Source: Bacteroidetes bacterium ADurb.Bin174 (lineage in GTDB: Bacteria > Bacteroidota > Bacteroidia > Bacteroidales > Paludibacteraceae). Taken from it: a stretch of 64,000 bases of DNA. Numbering within the stretch: the stretch's first letter is position 1; every line of letters begins with the position of its first letter. The notes beneath the pieces are model-generated. The model worked only from the letters and a program-made list of their open reading frames with translations. It was not told the origin of the DNA and made no database searches. Location of the stretch: NCBI GenBank assembly GCA_002070265.1, contig MWCX01000088.1, forward strand, positions 34,389 to 98,388, written 5' to 3'. The position numbers and the translations under genes were made by a program. Positions 43,843 through 55,466 of the stretch are shown here, piece by piece.

Positions 43843-44289
43843 ATGAAAAAACAACTCAAAATAGCCTTGGTAGCACACGATGCACGCAAGGCAGACATGG
43901 TAGAATGGGCAGTTTTTAACTCGGATATGCTTTCGCAGCATAAACTAATTTGTACGGGAACTACCGGCGGGCTGATACAGAAAGCCTTTGAAAATGAAGG
44001 AATAGAAGTAGAGGTTGAACGTAAAAACTCCGGTCCGATGGGTGGCGATGCCGAAATTGCTGCAATGGTTGTGAACAAACAAATAGATTTTTGCGTGTTT
44101 TTGATAGACGACCTAAGCGCAAATCCGCACGAAGCTGACATACAGATGCTTTTACGTCAGTGCCGTATTCACAATATCCCAATAGCCTGCAACCGTTATA
44201 GTGCAGATTTGATGATTACCAGTCCGCTGTGGGACAATGATGAGTATGTGCCGAAAGACCCGCAATATATTCCTTTTCATCGTGAATAA
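43843..44289 (+). CDS. mgsA: Methylglyoxal synthase
   Basis: IALVAHD..K, TGTTG, SGPMGGDAEI, PHEADI and NIPIACN motifs. Confidence 0.96.
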   Translation: MKKQLKIALVAHDARKADMVEWAVFNSDMLSQHKLICTGTTGGLIQKAFENEGIEVEVERKNSGPMGGDAEIAAMVVNKQIDFCVFLIDDLSANPHEADIQMLLRQCRIHNIPIACNRYSADLMITSPLWDNDEYVPKDPQYIPFHRE

Positions 44290-44341
44290 ATATTGCGGTT
44301 TCCGACAGATTATATTACATTTGCGGTCTCAAAATATCCAT

Positions 44342-44412
44342 TGACTTATGGTGTAATGGTAGCACTACAGATTCTGGATCTGTCTGTCTAGGTTCGAATC
44401 CTAGTAAGTCAG
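44342..44412 (+). tRNA. tRNA-Gln (anticodon CTG)
   Basis: Acceptor stem TGACTTA/TAAGTCA, anticodon arm ACAGA-TTCTGGA-TCTGT, T-arm CTAGG-TTCGAAT-CCTAG; upstream TACATTTG at 44316. Confidence 0.95.
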
Positions 44413-44425
44413 CAAACTCTCCTTC

Positions 44426-44447
44426 CAATTTCCCGTTCCGGGAAATT
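44426..44447 (+). terminator. Hairpin after tRNA-Gln
   Basis: aatttcccg-ttc-cgggaaatt. Confidence 0.6.
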
Positions 44448-44462
44448 AAATGAATTGATACA

Positions 44463-44523
44463 CGAATGTTTTAAGTTTTATATTTACGAATGTTTTGTAT
44501 ATTTGTTCCGTAAATTAGATGTT
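44463..44523 (+). promoter_or_regulatory. Second copy of the attI-like/promoter element
   Basis: 56/61 identical to 39241-39301, ending at GTT. Confidence 0.6.
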
Positions 44524-44596
44524 TTGTATGTGCAACAGCAAAAAACAAAAGACGCACAACTCTATTTATCAAAAAAACATTTCAAACAAAAATTAT

Positions 44597-45253
44597 ATGA
44601 AAGCCTTTTTTCTAATTCCTCTATTATTGTTTTTTCCAATCATTTCAATATTCGGTCAAAGCAATCCAAACCTTTTTTTGGGTTTTGAAGTTATTGAACT
44701 TCAACAGAACTCATTTAAAAATTTAGGAAAAAACAACTATACCTTCTTTATTGGCACATCATTTCCTATAAATGAAAAAACTCTATGGGGAGGACGTATT
44801 ACAAGTATGAATGTGGAACTGAGCGAAAAACATCTGCAAGAGCCATCGCCTGTTTATAAGGGTGATTTTAAAGGAGTTACAGGAAATCTGAATGTTCAAC
44901 GAATTTATTTGGATTACTATTACAGATGGAATCTCAACTTTTTGTGGATTGAACCAATTTTTTCAGTCGGTATTGGATACAACAACTGGAAGTTTTACAA
45001 CAAAATTGTTGATGAATCCTATGATCTTAAGACAGCTAGTTTAGGTGTTTCAGGTAAAGTCAGGTTTACATTTTTTAAATATCCTTTCATTGAAATACCA
45101 TCTTTGGATGTGTTCGGCTTCATATATAAAAACAGAAACCCGGAAGAAATGCTTGGAGACGCACATATTGATTTTTGGAAAAGAGGAGGTGTTTTTAACT
45201 GGATCTTTATTGGTTGCAACATCCCTCTCAATAAGCTCGGAAAGCAACCCTAA
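44597..45253 (+). CDS. Hypothetical outer-membrane beta-barrel protein
   Basis: Signal peptide MKAFFLIPLLLFF..., alternating aromatic strands; the stop TAA lies inside CCCTAAC. Confidence 0.65.
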   Translation: MKAFFLIPLLLFFPIISIFGQSNPNLFLGFEVIELQQNSFKNLGKNNYTFFIGTSFPINEKTLWGGRITSMNVELSEKHLQEPSPVYKGDFKGVTGNLNVQRIYLDYYYRWNLNFLWIEPIFSVGIGYNNWKFYNKIVDESYDLKTASLGVSGKVRFTFFKYPFIEIPSLDVFGFIYKNRNPEEMLGDAHIDFWKRGGVFNWIFIGCNIPLNKLGKQP

Positions 45254-45299
45254 CAGTAGGGTTTGCAATATAGCCAACCGTACCAAACCTGCGTTGTAA
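45248..45299 (+). repeat. Short attC-like imperfect palindrome
   Basis: AAC-A-GTAG-G-GTTTG ... CAAAC-CTGC-GTT pairs with two unpaired bases. Confidence 0.4.
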
Positions 45300-45383
45300 T
45301 CACTTCAAACAAAAACATAACAGAAATCTACATAGAAAAAATACGCTTTACCCATTTTTGAAAAGAGTATCTTCTATAATGAT

Positions 45384-48300
45384 TCACGAACTACACGCAA
45401 CAACCCGCACCTTTCTAAGCTTTACATAACATAAGTAGGCTTGCGTGTGGTAGCCCATCTTATGCAGCAGCCGCGCATAATTTTGCACTTGTCTGGTGTG
45501 GGATGGAAGTTCCTTCTCGCCGAATTTATAATCTATAACTGTGGCTTGATTATCTTCTAAAATGATGCGGTCGGGACGATAATGCTGACCTTCGGAAGTA
45601 AGGATGGTGGTTTCGTTCAATACCCGAACACCGGGTTTAAACCATGCTTTGGTTTCGGGTAGTTGCCAAAACTCTTCAACATCTTTGGCTATTTGGATGG
45701 CTTCCGTGCCGGTAATTCTTCCTGCCCGTATAAACTCTTCTATAAGGGCGTGATGGTCGTCCGGTGTTTGTATATTGTAGAAAATCTCATGCATCAGATT
45801 GCCATAATCTAACGGACTTTCGGTGATGTCAATTTCCTCACGGTTCAACATACTGATGCTGTGCTTGAGTTTCAGGCGACCAGAAATACTGCAAATGGGA
45901 TAGGCTTCAGATACCGATGCAGATTCTTGGAGATGTTTGGCAGATTGTTCTCTATTCAGGGGTTGCCCTATTTGACAAATATCTTCATCAAAATTAGAAG
46001 TCAGGATTCTTTTATTGCTTGCTGTCAGACATTGATGGATCAAACTTGAAATGCTATCAATGGTTATGCTGCCATCCTTTTTTTCTTTGGGAAGCGGACA
46101 AATTGCCATCAGTTCGTGCTTCGGACGGGTGAAAGCAACATAAGCAAGATTCAGGTTATCCATAAAGGTAAGCATCATTTCTTCATAATAGTCGGCTGCA
46201 AACAATGATTCCCCCAATGCTTTTTTGTATTCTACCGGTATCAGAGGTAATGCATTGTAGGGTGGAACCTGAGTTTCGCACCACAGGATATTGCGCATGC
46301 GCGAGTCTAATGTCCAGTCGCAAAAAGGCATCACCACCGCATCAAACGACAAACCTTTAGCTTTGTGTATGGTCATGATGCGGAAAGCATTTTCTTTTTC
46401 CGGCGTTGCTATATTTTGTTTGTGACCAAATTGATCCCACCATTGCAGAAAAGCATTTAAATCGGATGTTTTGCCTGTTGAAAACTGATACACTACATCC
46501 TGAAAGGCTTGCAGAAAAATAATTTCTTTATCGTTCCACGAAGCCAAATCAAACAACGCAATGATATTTTCAACCATCTCAAACAAAGTGTAATGTTTAT
46601 ATGATCTCAATTGTTCATTTTCTTCCCGGGTAAACATAGAAGAAATGACGGTCTCGCAATTTGTGTTACCTGAGTCTATACGATTGGCAACAGTTTCTCG
46701 CACAGCTTCAGAGGCAGATCGTCCAAATTTACCTTTTGCATACTCAAACTGCATGATCATTTTTTGCACAACATCTTCAGGATGAATGAAAAGTCGCAAT
46801 AGGCTCAATAAAAACTTGACAGATGCTGCCGACTCTAAGGTCAGCCCTTCCGACCCCATGATGTCATAACTAAAACCGGACTTAGCCTCTTCTGTTGTTT
46901 TATGATGCAGGAGTTTTCGGATAACCATTGAAGCTTCCTCATTTGTCCTGACCAAAATAGTAACTTCAGCAGGCTTATAACCTCTCGACTGAAAATCTTC
47001 AAGTAAACCGGGTAGCATATTCAAACTTTGTTCTTTCCAGGATTCTCCTTCAGGATCAACCCTTTCTATAAATTGAAATCTCACATGACCTTCACCTGCA
47101 TGTTTGCGAAAATTTTGTTCGGTTTGTTGATAGGCATCTGTAATTTTACTTTGCAAACCGGTCAGTTGCGGAAGCGATGAAAGAACGGGATCGAGGTTTT
47201 CATTCAGCTTTTGTTGCAGCCATTGAGCCGCCTCAGGGAATAAAGCGTTATTGAAAAGGACGATGTTTTTATCACTGCGCCAGTTAGTATCCAAATTTTC
47301 TTCTTGTAAATTTTCATGCTTGAAATCCTCATACACTTGACTTCCTAATAAATTCCAATCCGAATTGCGCCAGCGGTAAATACTTTGTTTGACATCTCCC
47401 ACCACCAGGTTATAATGATTCATTGATAAACTGTTCTTCAAAAGCGGTAGGAAATTCTCCCACTGCAAAACAGAAGTATCCTGAAATTCATCTATCATGA
47501 AATGATGGAACAACAATCCGCTTTTCTCATAAATAAAGGGTGTGTCGCTACGGTCTATAATCTGATTCAACAAAAGGTTGGAGTCAGATATCAGCATTAA
47601 TTTTTGATCAACGGTCAGCTTTCTGATTTGCATGGTCAAATCGGACAAAATTCCCAGGGTATTCAAATGCTTACGGATAAAAACAGCCGTATTATATGAC
47701 AATATGTGGGTGTCCACATGCGCAATCAATTCCTGCATTTTGGCTTGCAACCCGCTATTATAAGCATTTTCAATAGTGGTAATGATGGAAGGTTCTGTTT
47801 TTTTTGCATAACATTTCTCAATCTCCTCAGCCATTCCTCTAAAAGTTTTGTTCAGGTCGAAATCACCATCTTTTATCCTTTCCAATTTCTTCATGGCAGA
47901 CCGGGAAGCTCCACTGAACTGATCGGTACTCAGTTCGTGTTGATGGATAATCGCCAATGCCTCCTCAGCTATCCTCTCAGAAGTTTTAGTAAAGGTTTCT
48001 ATTATCTTCTTCAACCCAGTCTGAAATACTTTAAGGAATTGTTTGTCGTGTAATTTTTTATTGGTTTCGGTAGCTTTATGCTGATATTTTTCTTTGAAGA
48101 TTTCATACCCCAAACTTAGGATATTTCCGCGCATATCCCAGTTCTCTGCATTTTCAATGCGTTCTTCAGCAAATTGAACCAACCACTCCAAGAGTTGCGC
48201 ATTTTCTTTCTCAGATAAATCGAAAAACAAATTATCCACAGCTTGTTCAAGTACACCCTCCGTATCCAACTCTAAGGTATATCCTCCATACACTCCTATC

Positions 48301-48662
48301 TCACGTGCAAACGAACGAATGATTTGCTGAAAAAATTTATCTATGGTGCTGATAGAGAATGCGGTATAATCATGTAAGATGTTGGTGAGTATATACCTGG
48401 CTTTTTGATTGACAGATTCGGCAGTAAGCCGGTATGCTTCCATCAATCCTTCCCGGTAGTTTGATTCTTGTCCGGAAGCTAATAGATACAGCTCTTCTAA
48501 TATGCGCGATTTCATCTCTTCCGTAGCCTTGTTCGTAAAGGTTACAGCCAGGATGCGGCGATGGGCATGGGTGTATTTGGCATTGAAAAGCAGGTGTATA
48601 TAGTCCTGCGTCAGCCTGAATGTCTTTCCCGATCCCGCAGAGGCGCGATAGATTTTGAGCAT
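45384..48662 (-). CDS. UvrD-like helicase with C-terminal PD-(D/E)XK nuclease (AddA/RecB-like)
   Basis: ASAGSGKT, VTFTNKA, DEFQD, VGDVKQSIYRWR, TIHKAKG, YVAFTR and RPDRI...IDYK motifs. Confidence 0.92.
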   Translation of the reverse strand: MLKIYRASAGSGKTFRLTQDYIHLLFNAKYTHAHRRILAVTFTNKATEEMKSRILEELYLLASGQESNYREGLMEAYRLTAESVNQKARYILTNILHDYTAFSISTIDKFFQQIIRSFAREIGVYGGYTLELDTEGVLEQAVDNLFFDLSEKENAQLLEWLVQFAEERIENAENWDMRGNILSLGYEIFKEKYQHKATETNKKLHDKQFLKVFQTGLKKIIETFTKTSERIAEEALAIIHQHELSTDQFSGASRSAMKKLERIKDGDFDLNKTFRGMAEEIEKCYAKKTEPSIITTIENAYNSGLQAKMQELIAHVDTHILSYNTAVFIRKHLNTLGILSDLTMQIRKLTVDQKLMLISDSNLLLNQIIDRSDTPFIYEKSGLLFHHFMIDEFQDTSVLQWENFLPLLKNSLSMNHYNLVVGDVKQSIYRWRNSDWNLLGSQVYEDFKHENLQEENLDTNWRSDKNIVLFNNALFPEAAQWLQQKLNENLDPVLSSLPQLTGLQSKITDAYQQTEQNFRKHAGEGHVRFQFIERVDPEGESWKEQSLNMLPGLLEDFQSRGYKPAEVTILVRTNEEASMVIRKLLHHKTTEEAKSGFSYDIMGSEGLTLESAASVKFLLSLLRLFIHPEDVVQKMIMQFEYAKGKFGRSASEAVRETVANRIDSGNTNCETVISSMFTREENEQLRSYKHYTLFEMVENIIALFDLASWNDKEIIFLQAFQDVVYQFSTGKTSDLNAFLQWWDQFGHKQNIATPEKENAFRIMTIHKAKGLSFDAVVMPFCDWTLDSRMRNILWCETQVPPYNALPLIPVEYKKALGESLFAADYYEEMMLTFMDNLNLAYVAFTRPKHELMAICPLPKEKKDGSITIDSISSLIHQCLTASNKRILTSNFDEDICQIGQPLNREQSAKHLQESASVSEAYPICSISGRLKLKHSISMLNREEIDITESPLDYGNLMHEIFYNIQTPDDHHALIEEFIRAGRITGTEAIQIAKDVEEFWQLPETKAWFKPGVRVLNETTILTSEGQHYRPDRIILEDNQATVIDYKFGEKELPSHTRQVQNYARLLHKMGYHTQAYLCYVKLRKVRVVACSS

Positions 48663-48677
48663 GGTATTGTGTTTCTT

Positions 48678-49121
48678 TTATCTCTTTTTCTGAAAAAACT
48701 CTTTCATCAATGTGGCACATTCTTTTTCCAAGACGTTGGCTGTTACGACAGTCTTTGGATGAATAGCCTGAGGTGCAAAACGTAAAAATCCCCTTTTTGT
48801 ATCATTTGCTCCATATACTATCCGACTGATTTGCGCCCAGCCCAATGCACCGGCACACATCACACAAGGTTCTACGGTGACATAAATGGTACAATCGGTC
48901 AGGTATTTACCACCCAAAAAATCGGCTGCAGCGGTGATAGCCTGCATTTCAGCATGTGCCGTCACATCATTCAAAGTTTCGGTCAGGTTGTGTCCGCGTG
49001 CGATAATTCTCTCATTGCAAACAATCACGGTGCCTACCGGAACCTCATCTCTGTCGAAAGCTTTTTGGGCTTCCAACAGTGCTTGACGCATAAAGTACTC
49101 ATCATTCAACATCTTCTTCAA
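48678..49121 (-). CDS. tadA: tRNA-specific adenosine deaminase / nucleoside deaminase
   Basis: EVPVG, HAE and EPCVMC motifs. Confidence 0.9.
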   Translation of the reverse strand: MKKMLNDEYFMRQALLEAQKAFDRDEVPVGTVIVCNERIIARGHNLTETLNDVTAHAEMQAITAAADFLGGKYLTDCTIYVTVEPCVMCAGALGWAQISRIVYGANDTKRGFLRFAPQAIHPKTVVTANVLEKECATLMKEFFQKKR

Positions 49122-50958
49122 CTACTAAATTTTCAATGATGAAATTTTGACGCTCTGAAGTGTTTTTTCCCATATAAAACTCCAGTAATTCGGCTACCGC
49201 ATCTTCCTTTTTGAGTGTCACTTGATCTAAGCGCATATTTTTCCCGATGAAGTGTTTGAATTCATCCGGCGATATTTCGCCCAAGCCTTTAAAACGGGTG
49301 ATTTCAGGATTGGGACCTAATTTCGCTACTGCTTTTAAACGTTCTTCTTCCGAATAACAATAAACTGTTTCTTTTTTATTGCGCACGCGAAACAAAGGGG
49401 TTTGTAAAATATAAACATGACCTTTTTTGATCAGGTCCGGAAAGAATTGCAAGAAAAAGGTAATCAGCAACAAGCGAATATGCATTCCATCCACATCAGC
49501 ATCCGTTGCCACAATCACTTTATTGTAACGCAAGCCGTCCAGACCATCTTCTATGTTTAGAGCTGCCTGCAACAAATTAAATTCTTCATTTTCATACACC
49601 ACCTTTTTGGTCAGACCGTAACTGTTCAAGGGTTTACCGCGCAAGCTGAAGACAGCCTGAGTGTTCACATCCCTACTCTTGGTGATAGAGCCGCTGGCAG
49701 AATCACCTTCAGTGATGAAGATGCATGTATCGTCAATGTTCCCTTTGCTGTCATTATAGTGGATGCGACAATCCCGCAATTTTTTGTTATACAGATTGGC
49801 CTTTTTCGCTCTTTCTCTAGCAGTTTTGGTAACACCGGCAATTGCTTTTCTTTCCTTTTCCGACTCTTGAATCTTCTGATTTATAATGTTGGAGATCTCC
49901 AAGTTACGATGCAGATAATTATCCAATTCTTTTTTCAAAAAATCGGAAATATGCTTGTTGACAGTAATCCCGCCCTCAGCCATATCGCGAGAACCTAATT
50001 TGGTTTTGGTTTGCGATTCAAATACCGGTTCCTCCACACTAATGGCTATTGCAGCAACAATGCCGTTGCGGATGTCATTCAATTCCATATTTTTATTGAA
50101 GAACTCCTTGATGGTTCTGCCAACTGCTTCACGAAATGCACTCTGATGCGTACCTCCTTGCGTGGTGTGTTGTCCGTTTACAAAAGAATAATATTCTTCC
50201 CCGTATTGATTGGTATGTGTAAAAGCAACCTCAATATCTTCCCCTTTCAGATGAATAATAGGATACAGCATCTCTGAAGTAATGTTTTCATTGAGCAGGT
50301 CCAACAAACCATTTTTGGAACTTATTTTAGTGTCGTTGAAATTAAATGTCAATCCGGTATTGAGATAGGCATAGTTCCTAAGCATCGTATTGACAAAATC
50401 CTCATTGTATTTGAATTTTTCGAACATGGTACCATCCGGTTCAAAATACACATAAGTCCCCTTTTGCGATTTCGTGTCTTCTATTATTCCGGAATCTGAC
50501 ACGATTTTTCCTTGTTTAAATTCTGCACGGCGCGATTGTCCTTCCCGAAAGCTTTGTACGATAAATTTTTCAGACAAAGCATTCACAGCTTTGGAGCCTA
50601 CACCGTTCAATCCGACCGACTTTTTAAATACTTTGGAATCATATTTTGCCCCTGTATTCATGACAGATATGGCATCTATCATTTTTCCCAGTGGAATACC
50701 CCGTCCGAAATCTCTTACTTCTACGTGATTTTCGTGTAAAGTAACATTGATTTGTTTGCCCTCGCCCATGCGAAACTCATCTACGGAATTATCCAACACT
50801 TCCTTCAGCAAAACGTAAATTCCGTCATCTACATGCGAACCGTCACCCAACTTCCCGATATACATTCCCGGTCTGCGGCGCACATGTTCCAAATCCTCTA
50901 AGGTTATAATATTCTTGTCGGTATATTCAACCTGTTTCATCCCATTTGTTTCACTCAT
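49102..50958 (-). CDS. parE: DNA topoisomerase IV subunit B
   Basis: [39 protein letters not shown] and RFKGLGE motifs; 618-aa Bacteroidota type. Confidence 0.92.
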   Translation of the reverse strand: MSETNGMKQVEYTDKNIITLEDLEHVRRRPGMYIGKLGDGSHVDDGIYVLLKEVLDNSVDEFRMGEGKQINVTLHENHVEVRDFGRGIPLGKMIDAISVMNTGAKYDSKVFKKSVGLNGVGSKAVNALSEKFIVQSFREGQSRRAEFKQGKIVSDSGIIEDTKSQKGTYVYFEPDGTMFEKFKYNEDFVNTMLRNYAYLNTGLTFNFNDTKISSKNGLLDLLNENITSEMLYPIIHLKGEDIEVAFTHTNQYGEEYYSFVNGQHTTQGGTHQSAFREAVGRTIKEFFNKNMELNDIRNGIVAAIAISVEEPVFESQTKTKLGSRDMAEGGITVNKHISDFLKKELDNYLHRNLEISNIINQKIQESEKERKAIAGVTKTARERAKKANLYNKKLRDCRIHYNDSKGNIDDTCIFITEGDSASGSITKSRDVNTQAVFSLRGKPLNSYGLTKKVVYENEEFNLLQAALNIEDGLDGLRYNKVIVATDADVDGMHIRLLLITFFLQFFPDLIKKGHVYILQTPLFRVRNKKETVYCYSEEERLKAVAKLGPNPEITRFKGLGEISPDEFKHFIGKNMRLDQVTLKKEDAVAELLEFYMGKNTSERQNFIIENLVVEEDVE

Positions 50959-51086
50959 TGTTGTATCTAAAAATTTTCTTGTTTCTTGATTTTTACTACC
51001 ATTTACTTTTCAACACCCAAACCTTAATTCATAAAAGTCGTTTATATATTTTAATTGTTGTTACCATCCATCTTTTTGCTTCCCTT

Positions 51087-51165
51087 GGGGCTGTCTCAAA
51101 ACAAATATTCAACTACCTCGGAACCCGCACCCCGCACCGCGGAACTCAGAACTCAGAACTCGAAA
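51087..51165. repeat. MITE-like left end plus heptamer array
   Basis: ggggctgtctcaaaacaaatattcaa followed by cggaacc cgcaccc cgcaccg cggaact cagaact cagaact. Confidence 0.8.
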
Positions 51166-51172
51166 AAACATC

Positions 51173-52402
51173 CTACTTCGCAATCCATAACTCGGGGTTT
51201 AATATAGTCCTTTCTTTCCAAATTTGAAAAAATAACTCCGTTTTATTATCATTCTCTGCATCCGTATAAATCTGCCCTATCCTTTGTTTGGCAGAAACTT
51301 TTTCACCAACGCGAACATAGATTGTCGTAAGATTTGCATATACCGTTCGGTACTGTCCATGTTGAATAATGACACCATTATTGCTTCCGGGAACTGAAAA
51401 ACGTTGCGTCACTATTCCCTCAAATACTGCCCGGGCATTGGTTTTGGCAGTCGTTTGTATGTAAATACCTTTATTGTTGGTTGTTACATATTTCAAGGTA
51501 GGGTGAGGCTGAATACCGAATTTGCCGCTGATGAAACCCCTTTCAACAGGCCAGGGCAGTCTGCCGGCATTGGCAGCAAAGTTACCCGATATCAACTGCT
51601 CTTCTTTGGTCAGGGCATAAACCCCCGTATCCTGTGTATCATCGGGAGAGGCTTCACCCGTTTTTTTACGTTTCTTTTCCGCTTTGCTGACTTCCTCAGC
51701 AATTAAAGCTTCAATCTTTCTATTTAGATCATCGGCTATTTTTTGCTGCTTTTTCAAATCAGCTTGGAGCGTTTTTTCCTTCCGCTTAAGATTCGCATAA
51801 GCCGTATTTTCTTTCTTTTTATCGACCAGCAGTTTTTGCTGTTCTGCATTCTTTTGCTTTTTCACAGCTTCTTGCGTTTGTTGATGCCGTGTCAGTTGAG
51901 TTGTTTTTTTGGCAATCTCTTGCCGGGTTTCCTCAATTTTTTCGATTTGCCGTTTTCTGTAAGCAGTGAACTCCTGCATATAACGAAGTCGCCTGTACGA
52001 TTGATCAAAGGATTCAGCCGAAAGCAAAAACAACATCTTTGAATACACCCCTCTATTGATATACGCCTCCCTCACCATATGGGCATAATCTTCTTTATAG
52101 GCTTCAAGCTCTCGCTCCAATTTTTTAGTTTCCGTATTCAGCTTTGAAATTTCTCTTGCCAAAGCATTGATTTCTTTGTTGATGGTGTTGATCAAGCTTG
52201 TGCGTTGACTGATACTTTTGTTGATGATATTCAGTTTGTTTAGTGAAGTTTGTTGCGTCTTTTTAGTTTCACTGAGCACTTTACTTGTTGTCTCAAGGCG
52301 TTTCAGCGCATTCTTGCGTTGTTCCTCAAGCTCTTTGATGGTTTGTGCAGAAGCAACAGCCACCAACAAAAAAGTGAATAATATGGTCAAAACCTTTCGC
52401 AT
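51173..52402 (-). CDS. envC: Murein hydrolase activator EnvC family (coiled coil plus degenerate M23)
   Basis: Long coiled coil, LPWPV, FG...HP, NKGIYI and ELFFQIW motifs. Confidence 0.82.
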   Translation of the reverse strand: MRKVLTILFTFLLVAVASAQTIKELEEQRKNALKRLETTSKVLSETKKTQQTSLNKLNIINKSISQRTSLINTINKEINALAREISKLNTETKKLERELEAYKEDYAHMVREAYINRGVYSKMLFLLSAESFDQSYRRLRYMQEFTAYRKRQIEKIEETRQEIAKKTTQLTRHQQTQEAVKKQKNAEQQKLLVDKKKENTAYANLKRKEKTLQADLKKQQKIADDLNRKIEALIAEEVSKAEKKRKKTGEASPDDTQDTGVYALTKEEQLISGNFAANAGRLPWPVERGFISGKFGIQPHPTLKYVTTNNKGIYIQTTAKTNARAVFEGIVTQRFSVPGSNNGVIIQHGQYRTVYANLTTIYVRVGEKVSAKQRIGQIYTDAENDNKTELFFQIWKERTILNPELWIAK

Positions 52403-52415
52403 TTGCCAAGAATAT

Positions 52416-53270
52416 TTAATCTAAAAGCGACTTGATATCTGCTTGTCTGTACAAATTAGCATTCAAAAAGGGAATGTCAATATTACCGTCAACTTCCATT
52501 TGGCTGATAGATACATTAAAGTTAAATTTTTTAGATTCATTGTTTAGTTGAAGACGTATATTCGAGGGTAGAACCAATTTCCCGACAGTTACAAAATCAG
52601 TGTAATAAGTTCTGAATTGCTCTGCCCCTTCGTTGGATTTGATTTCAATTTCCCTGATTCGATTATTTTCGTTCAACAGAAAATGCTGTGTCAAAGATAC
52701 ATTTTTATACGTCAATATCCGCTCATTTTTTCTGTCGGAAGGCATAGGCTTGAGTGGTTTTTCCTGATTTTTCATCTGAATCGTGAAGAGTTTATTTGTA
52801 AGCAGAGACTCAAAAGTTTTGTAATCCAACTGCATGTCGAATAAGTCTTCAAAAATTAAATAATCAGATTGATAATACAGGTTTTTGGTTTTATCAACAA
52901 GCACCATCCTCGCAGGCGTCAATTGTACAATAAACATTTCAATGCCGAAGAAGGGTCTGACAGAAATATGTATCACGGAATCAGTAATGATTTTACAGTT
53001 TGCTGCACTGTTGTATCTGCCTTTACCATTCAAATTCACCCCTACGTTCATGCGCATAAAATGAATGTTCTCGAATGCAGGCTCTGCCTCTAAAACTTCT
53101 TGCAACAGCACTTCCTCATGTGTACGCAAATCGTCAATTTTTACTTTTTCCTTTACTTTACATCCGGTAATGGTAATTAGTAATCCTACTGCGACTAATA
53201 TTTTTATAGTCCGTGTATTATGCATCTTATATTTTATCCTGTTGTTCTTTGAGATTATTACCTTTCCCAT
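52416..53270 (-). CDS. DUF4292-like lipoprotein
   Basis: Lipobox ITGC; DS.I.ISV.PFFGIE motif; lies between the TPR gene and envC. Confidence 0.75.
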   Translation of the reverse strand: MGKVIISKNNRIKYKMHNTRTIKILVAVGLLITITGCKVKEKVKIDDLRTHEEVLLQEVLEAEPAFENIHFMRMNVGVNLNGKGRYNSAANCKIITDSVIHISVRPFFGIEMFIVQLTPARMVLVDKTKNLYYQSDYLIFEDLFDMQLDYKTFESLLTNKLFTIQMKNQEKPLKPMPSDRKNERILTYKNVSLTQHFLLNENNRIREIEIKSNEGAEQFRTYYTDFVTVGKLVLPSNIRLQLNNESKKFNFNVSISQMEVDGNIDIPFLNANLYRQADIKSLLD

Positions 53271-55006
53271 CCTTTATTTTCGATTTTTGCTTTCAACTCA
53301 TCCGTTTGATGTCCTGAATTAAAAGCCTTTTCCCAAACTTCCAAAGCTTTTTCATCATTCTCCTTAGACATCCAAAGTATATCGCCGTAGTGATCCAATA
53401 TCACACCTTGACCTTGAGTGTCTTTCAAGTTGTCAATCGCCCTTTCTATATAAAACTTAGCCAAGGAATAATTGCCTTGTTGATAAAATATCCAGGCATA
53501 AGTATCTAAATAGGTACTGTTACGAGGCTCCCTTTCAACTGTTTTAGCGCTCATCCTCTCGGCCTTTTGTAAATCTCCTTTTTCTGTGGACAAAGAATAA
53601 GCATAATTATTGAGCGCGATCAAATTGCCTGCATTCATCTGTATAGCCTCTTCATAAGCCTTAAAAGCTTCTTCTGTCTTGCCCAATTTCATGTAAACAT
53701 CACCTAAATGCGTGAAAATATCGCTTTTCAATTCTGCCTTATCTGTTGGTTTAAATAGTGAGGTGGCATCTAAATAGGTTTCCAATGCCTGCTCATACTC
53801 TTCCATCAATTCAAAGGTCAAACCCTTATACAAATAAAACAACTGTTCATCTTCTGTGGCTCCCAATGCCCGGTCGGCAGTATGAAGCAAAGCCGGATAA
53901 TTCTGCTCGGCAAAATATATCTGAATGATATTCAGCCAGGTTTGTTTGTTGGCAGGATTAATATTCAGCATGGATTCATACACCATCACAGCATCCTCGT
54001 CCCTTTTCATGTGCTGAAGGAAAGCAGCGTAATAACCATGCACAGCTTCTTCTAACGGATAGTACTCAATGAGCAATTTAAACAGGTTTTCCGTTTCTTC
54101 GATTTCGCCTTCAGCCCTTAAGATATGTTCAATATGTTGGCTCAGGATATCCAGCTTACTGTTCATGTCAAGCTGACCGCTTTTCAGTGCCATGACAGTA
54201 TATTTCAAAGACTCATCAGGATTATCAACCGCTTTGTAATATTCAGAAAGTGAAACATATACATAAGGATTCAGAGGATCATCTTTTAGAATTTGCTGAT
54301 ATAATTCATAAGCATCCAATAAATTCCCTTGCTGCATTAGTAAATCGGCTTTCAGAATTTTATATTTATTTTCTAAAGGAAATTTCTGAATTATTTTATC
54401 TATTTCTGCCTGTGCCTTTTTGAAATTCTGATTCGACAGATAAATACCGATTTTCTCGAACACCGTTCTTTCGCTGATACCGGCAATTCGCTCTAACTTA
54501 TCATACAAAACAATGGCTTTTGACAGTTGGTTGGTTTCTTTGTAAAGAAGAATCAAAACATTGTACGCATACTCTTTTTCCGGATATTTTTTTAGCAGAA
54601 ACTCAGCAATAGTTATCGCTTCATCGTATTTTTTACCCTGGATATACATATTGAGCAAATTAGTATTGTACCACCAATTATTCGGTTCCTGCTTTACAGC
54701 CTGCTGCATCCCGATGATAGCTTCATCTAAATTACCCAAGGCAAGTTTCATAATGGCAATTTCGGCTATCAGGCCGGTATCCAGGGAGTCGATAGACTTG
54801 CAGGAAAGAAATGATTCGTAAGCATCTTTGTATTTCCCTTCTTCTTTGAGCCGAATGCCTTCATAAAAATGATAATCGAAAACACGCTGTTCTTCTTCCG
54901 TCAGCACTTGTTTTCTGACATAACCGTGACTTTCGATGTGTTTGGTAGTTTGACATGAAAGCAACATTAAAAAAAGAACATATGTTAAAATCCCCCACTG
55001 CTTCAT
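53258..55006 (-). CDS. Tetratricopeptide-repeat lipoprotein
   Basis: Lipobox LLSC; many TPR units; LNNYAY and YLDTYAW motifs. Confidence 0.88.
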   Translation of the reverse strand: MKQWGILTYVLFLMLLSCQTTKHIESHGYVRKQVLTEEEQRVFDYHFYEGIRLKEEGKYKDAYESFLSCKSIDSLDTGLIAEIAIMKLALGNLDEAIIGMQQAVKQEPNNWWYNTNLLNMYIQGKKYDEAITIAEFLLKKYPEKEYAYNVLILLYKETNQLSKAIVLYDKLERIAGISERTVFEKIGIYLSNQNFKKAQAEIDKIIQKFPLENKYKILKADLLMQQGNLLDAYELYQQILKDDPLNPYVYVSLSEYYKAVDNPDESLKYTVMALKSGQLDMNSKLDILSQHIEHILRAEGEIEETENLFKLLIEYYPLEEAVHGYYAAFLQHMKRDEDAVMVYESMLNINPANKQTWLNIIQIYFAEQNYPALLHTADRALGATEDEQLFYLYKGLTFELMEEYEQALETYLDATSLFKPTDKAELKSDIFTHLGDVYMKLGKTEEAFKAYEEAIQMNAGNLIALNNYAYSLSTEKGDLQKAERMSAKTVEREPRNSTYLDTYAWIFYQQGNYSLAKFYIERAIDNLKDTQGQGVILDHYGDILWMSKENDEKALEVWEKAFNSGHQTDELKAKIENKGWER

Positions 55007-55434
55007 ATGCCTGTGTGACCAAATCCTCCTTCACCGCGATCGGAAGGAGATAATGTTTCCACTTCTTCCCATTCTGCCTGCTCGTGAGCGGAAATTACCA
55101 TTTGTGCAATGCGTTCACCATCTTCAACAATAAAATCTTCCGAAGATAAATTGATAAGAATAACCCCTATTTCACCCCGATAATCGGCATCAATGGTGCC
55201 CGGTGAATTTAAAACAGTAATGCCTTTTTTAAGTGCCAAACCGCTTCTTGGTCTGACTTGCGCTTCATACCCAATCGGCAACTCAATGAATAAACCGGTC
55301 GGAATCAACTTCCTTTCCAAAGGCTTCAATACTATTCTTTCAACTATATCAGCCCGCAAATCCATCCCTGCTGCATGCAAAGTAGCATATTCGGGTAAAG
55401 CGTGCTTGGAGCGGTTGACAATTTTTATTTTCAT
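55003..55434 (-). CDS. dut: dUTP diphosphatase
   Basis: [24 protein letters not shown] and [10 protein letters not shown] motifs. Confidence 0.98.
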   Translation of the reverse strand: MKIKIVNRSKHALPEYATLHAAGMDLRADIVERIVLKPLERKLIPTGLFIELPIGYEAQVRPRSGLALKKGITVLNSPGTIDADYRGEIGVILINLSSEDFIVEDGERIAQMVISAHEQAEWEEVETLSPSDRGEGGFGHTGI

Positions 55435-55466
55435 ATTCTGATAATTGAAACGATAACTAAAGTATA

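Noticed and set aside
44342-45380. tRNA-Gln as the attachment site of an integrated island
   Set aside because: I found no duplicated tRNA 3' end nearby and no intact integrase.
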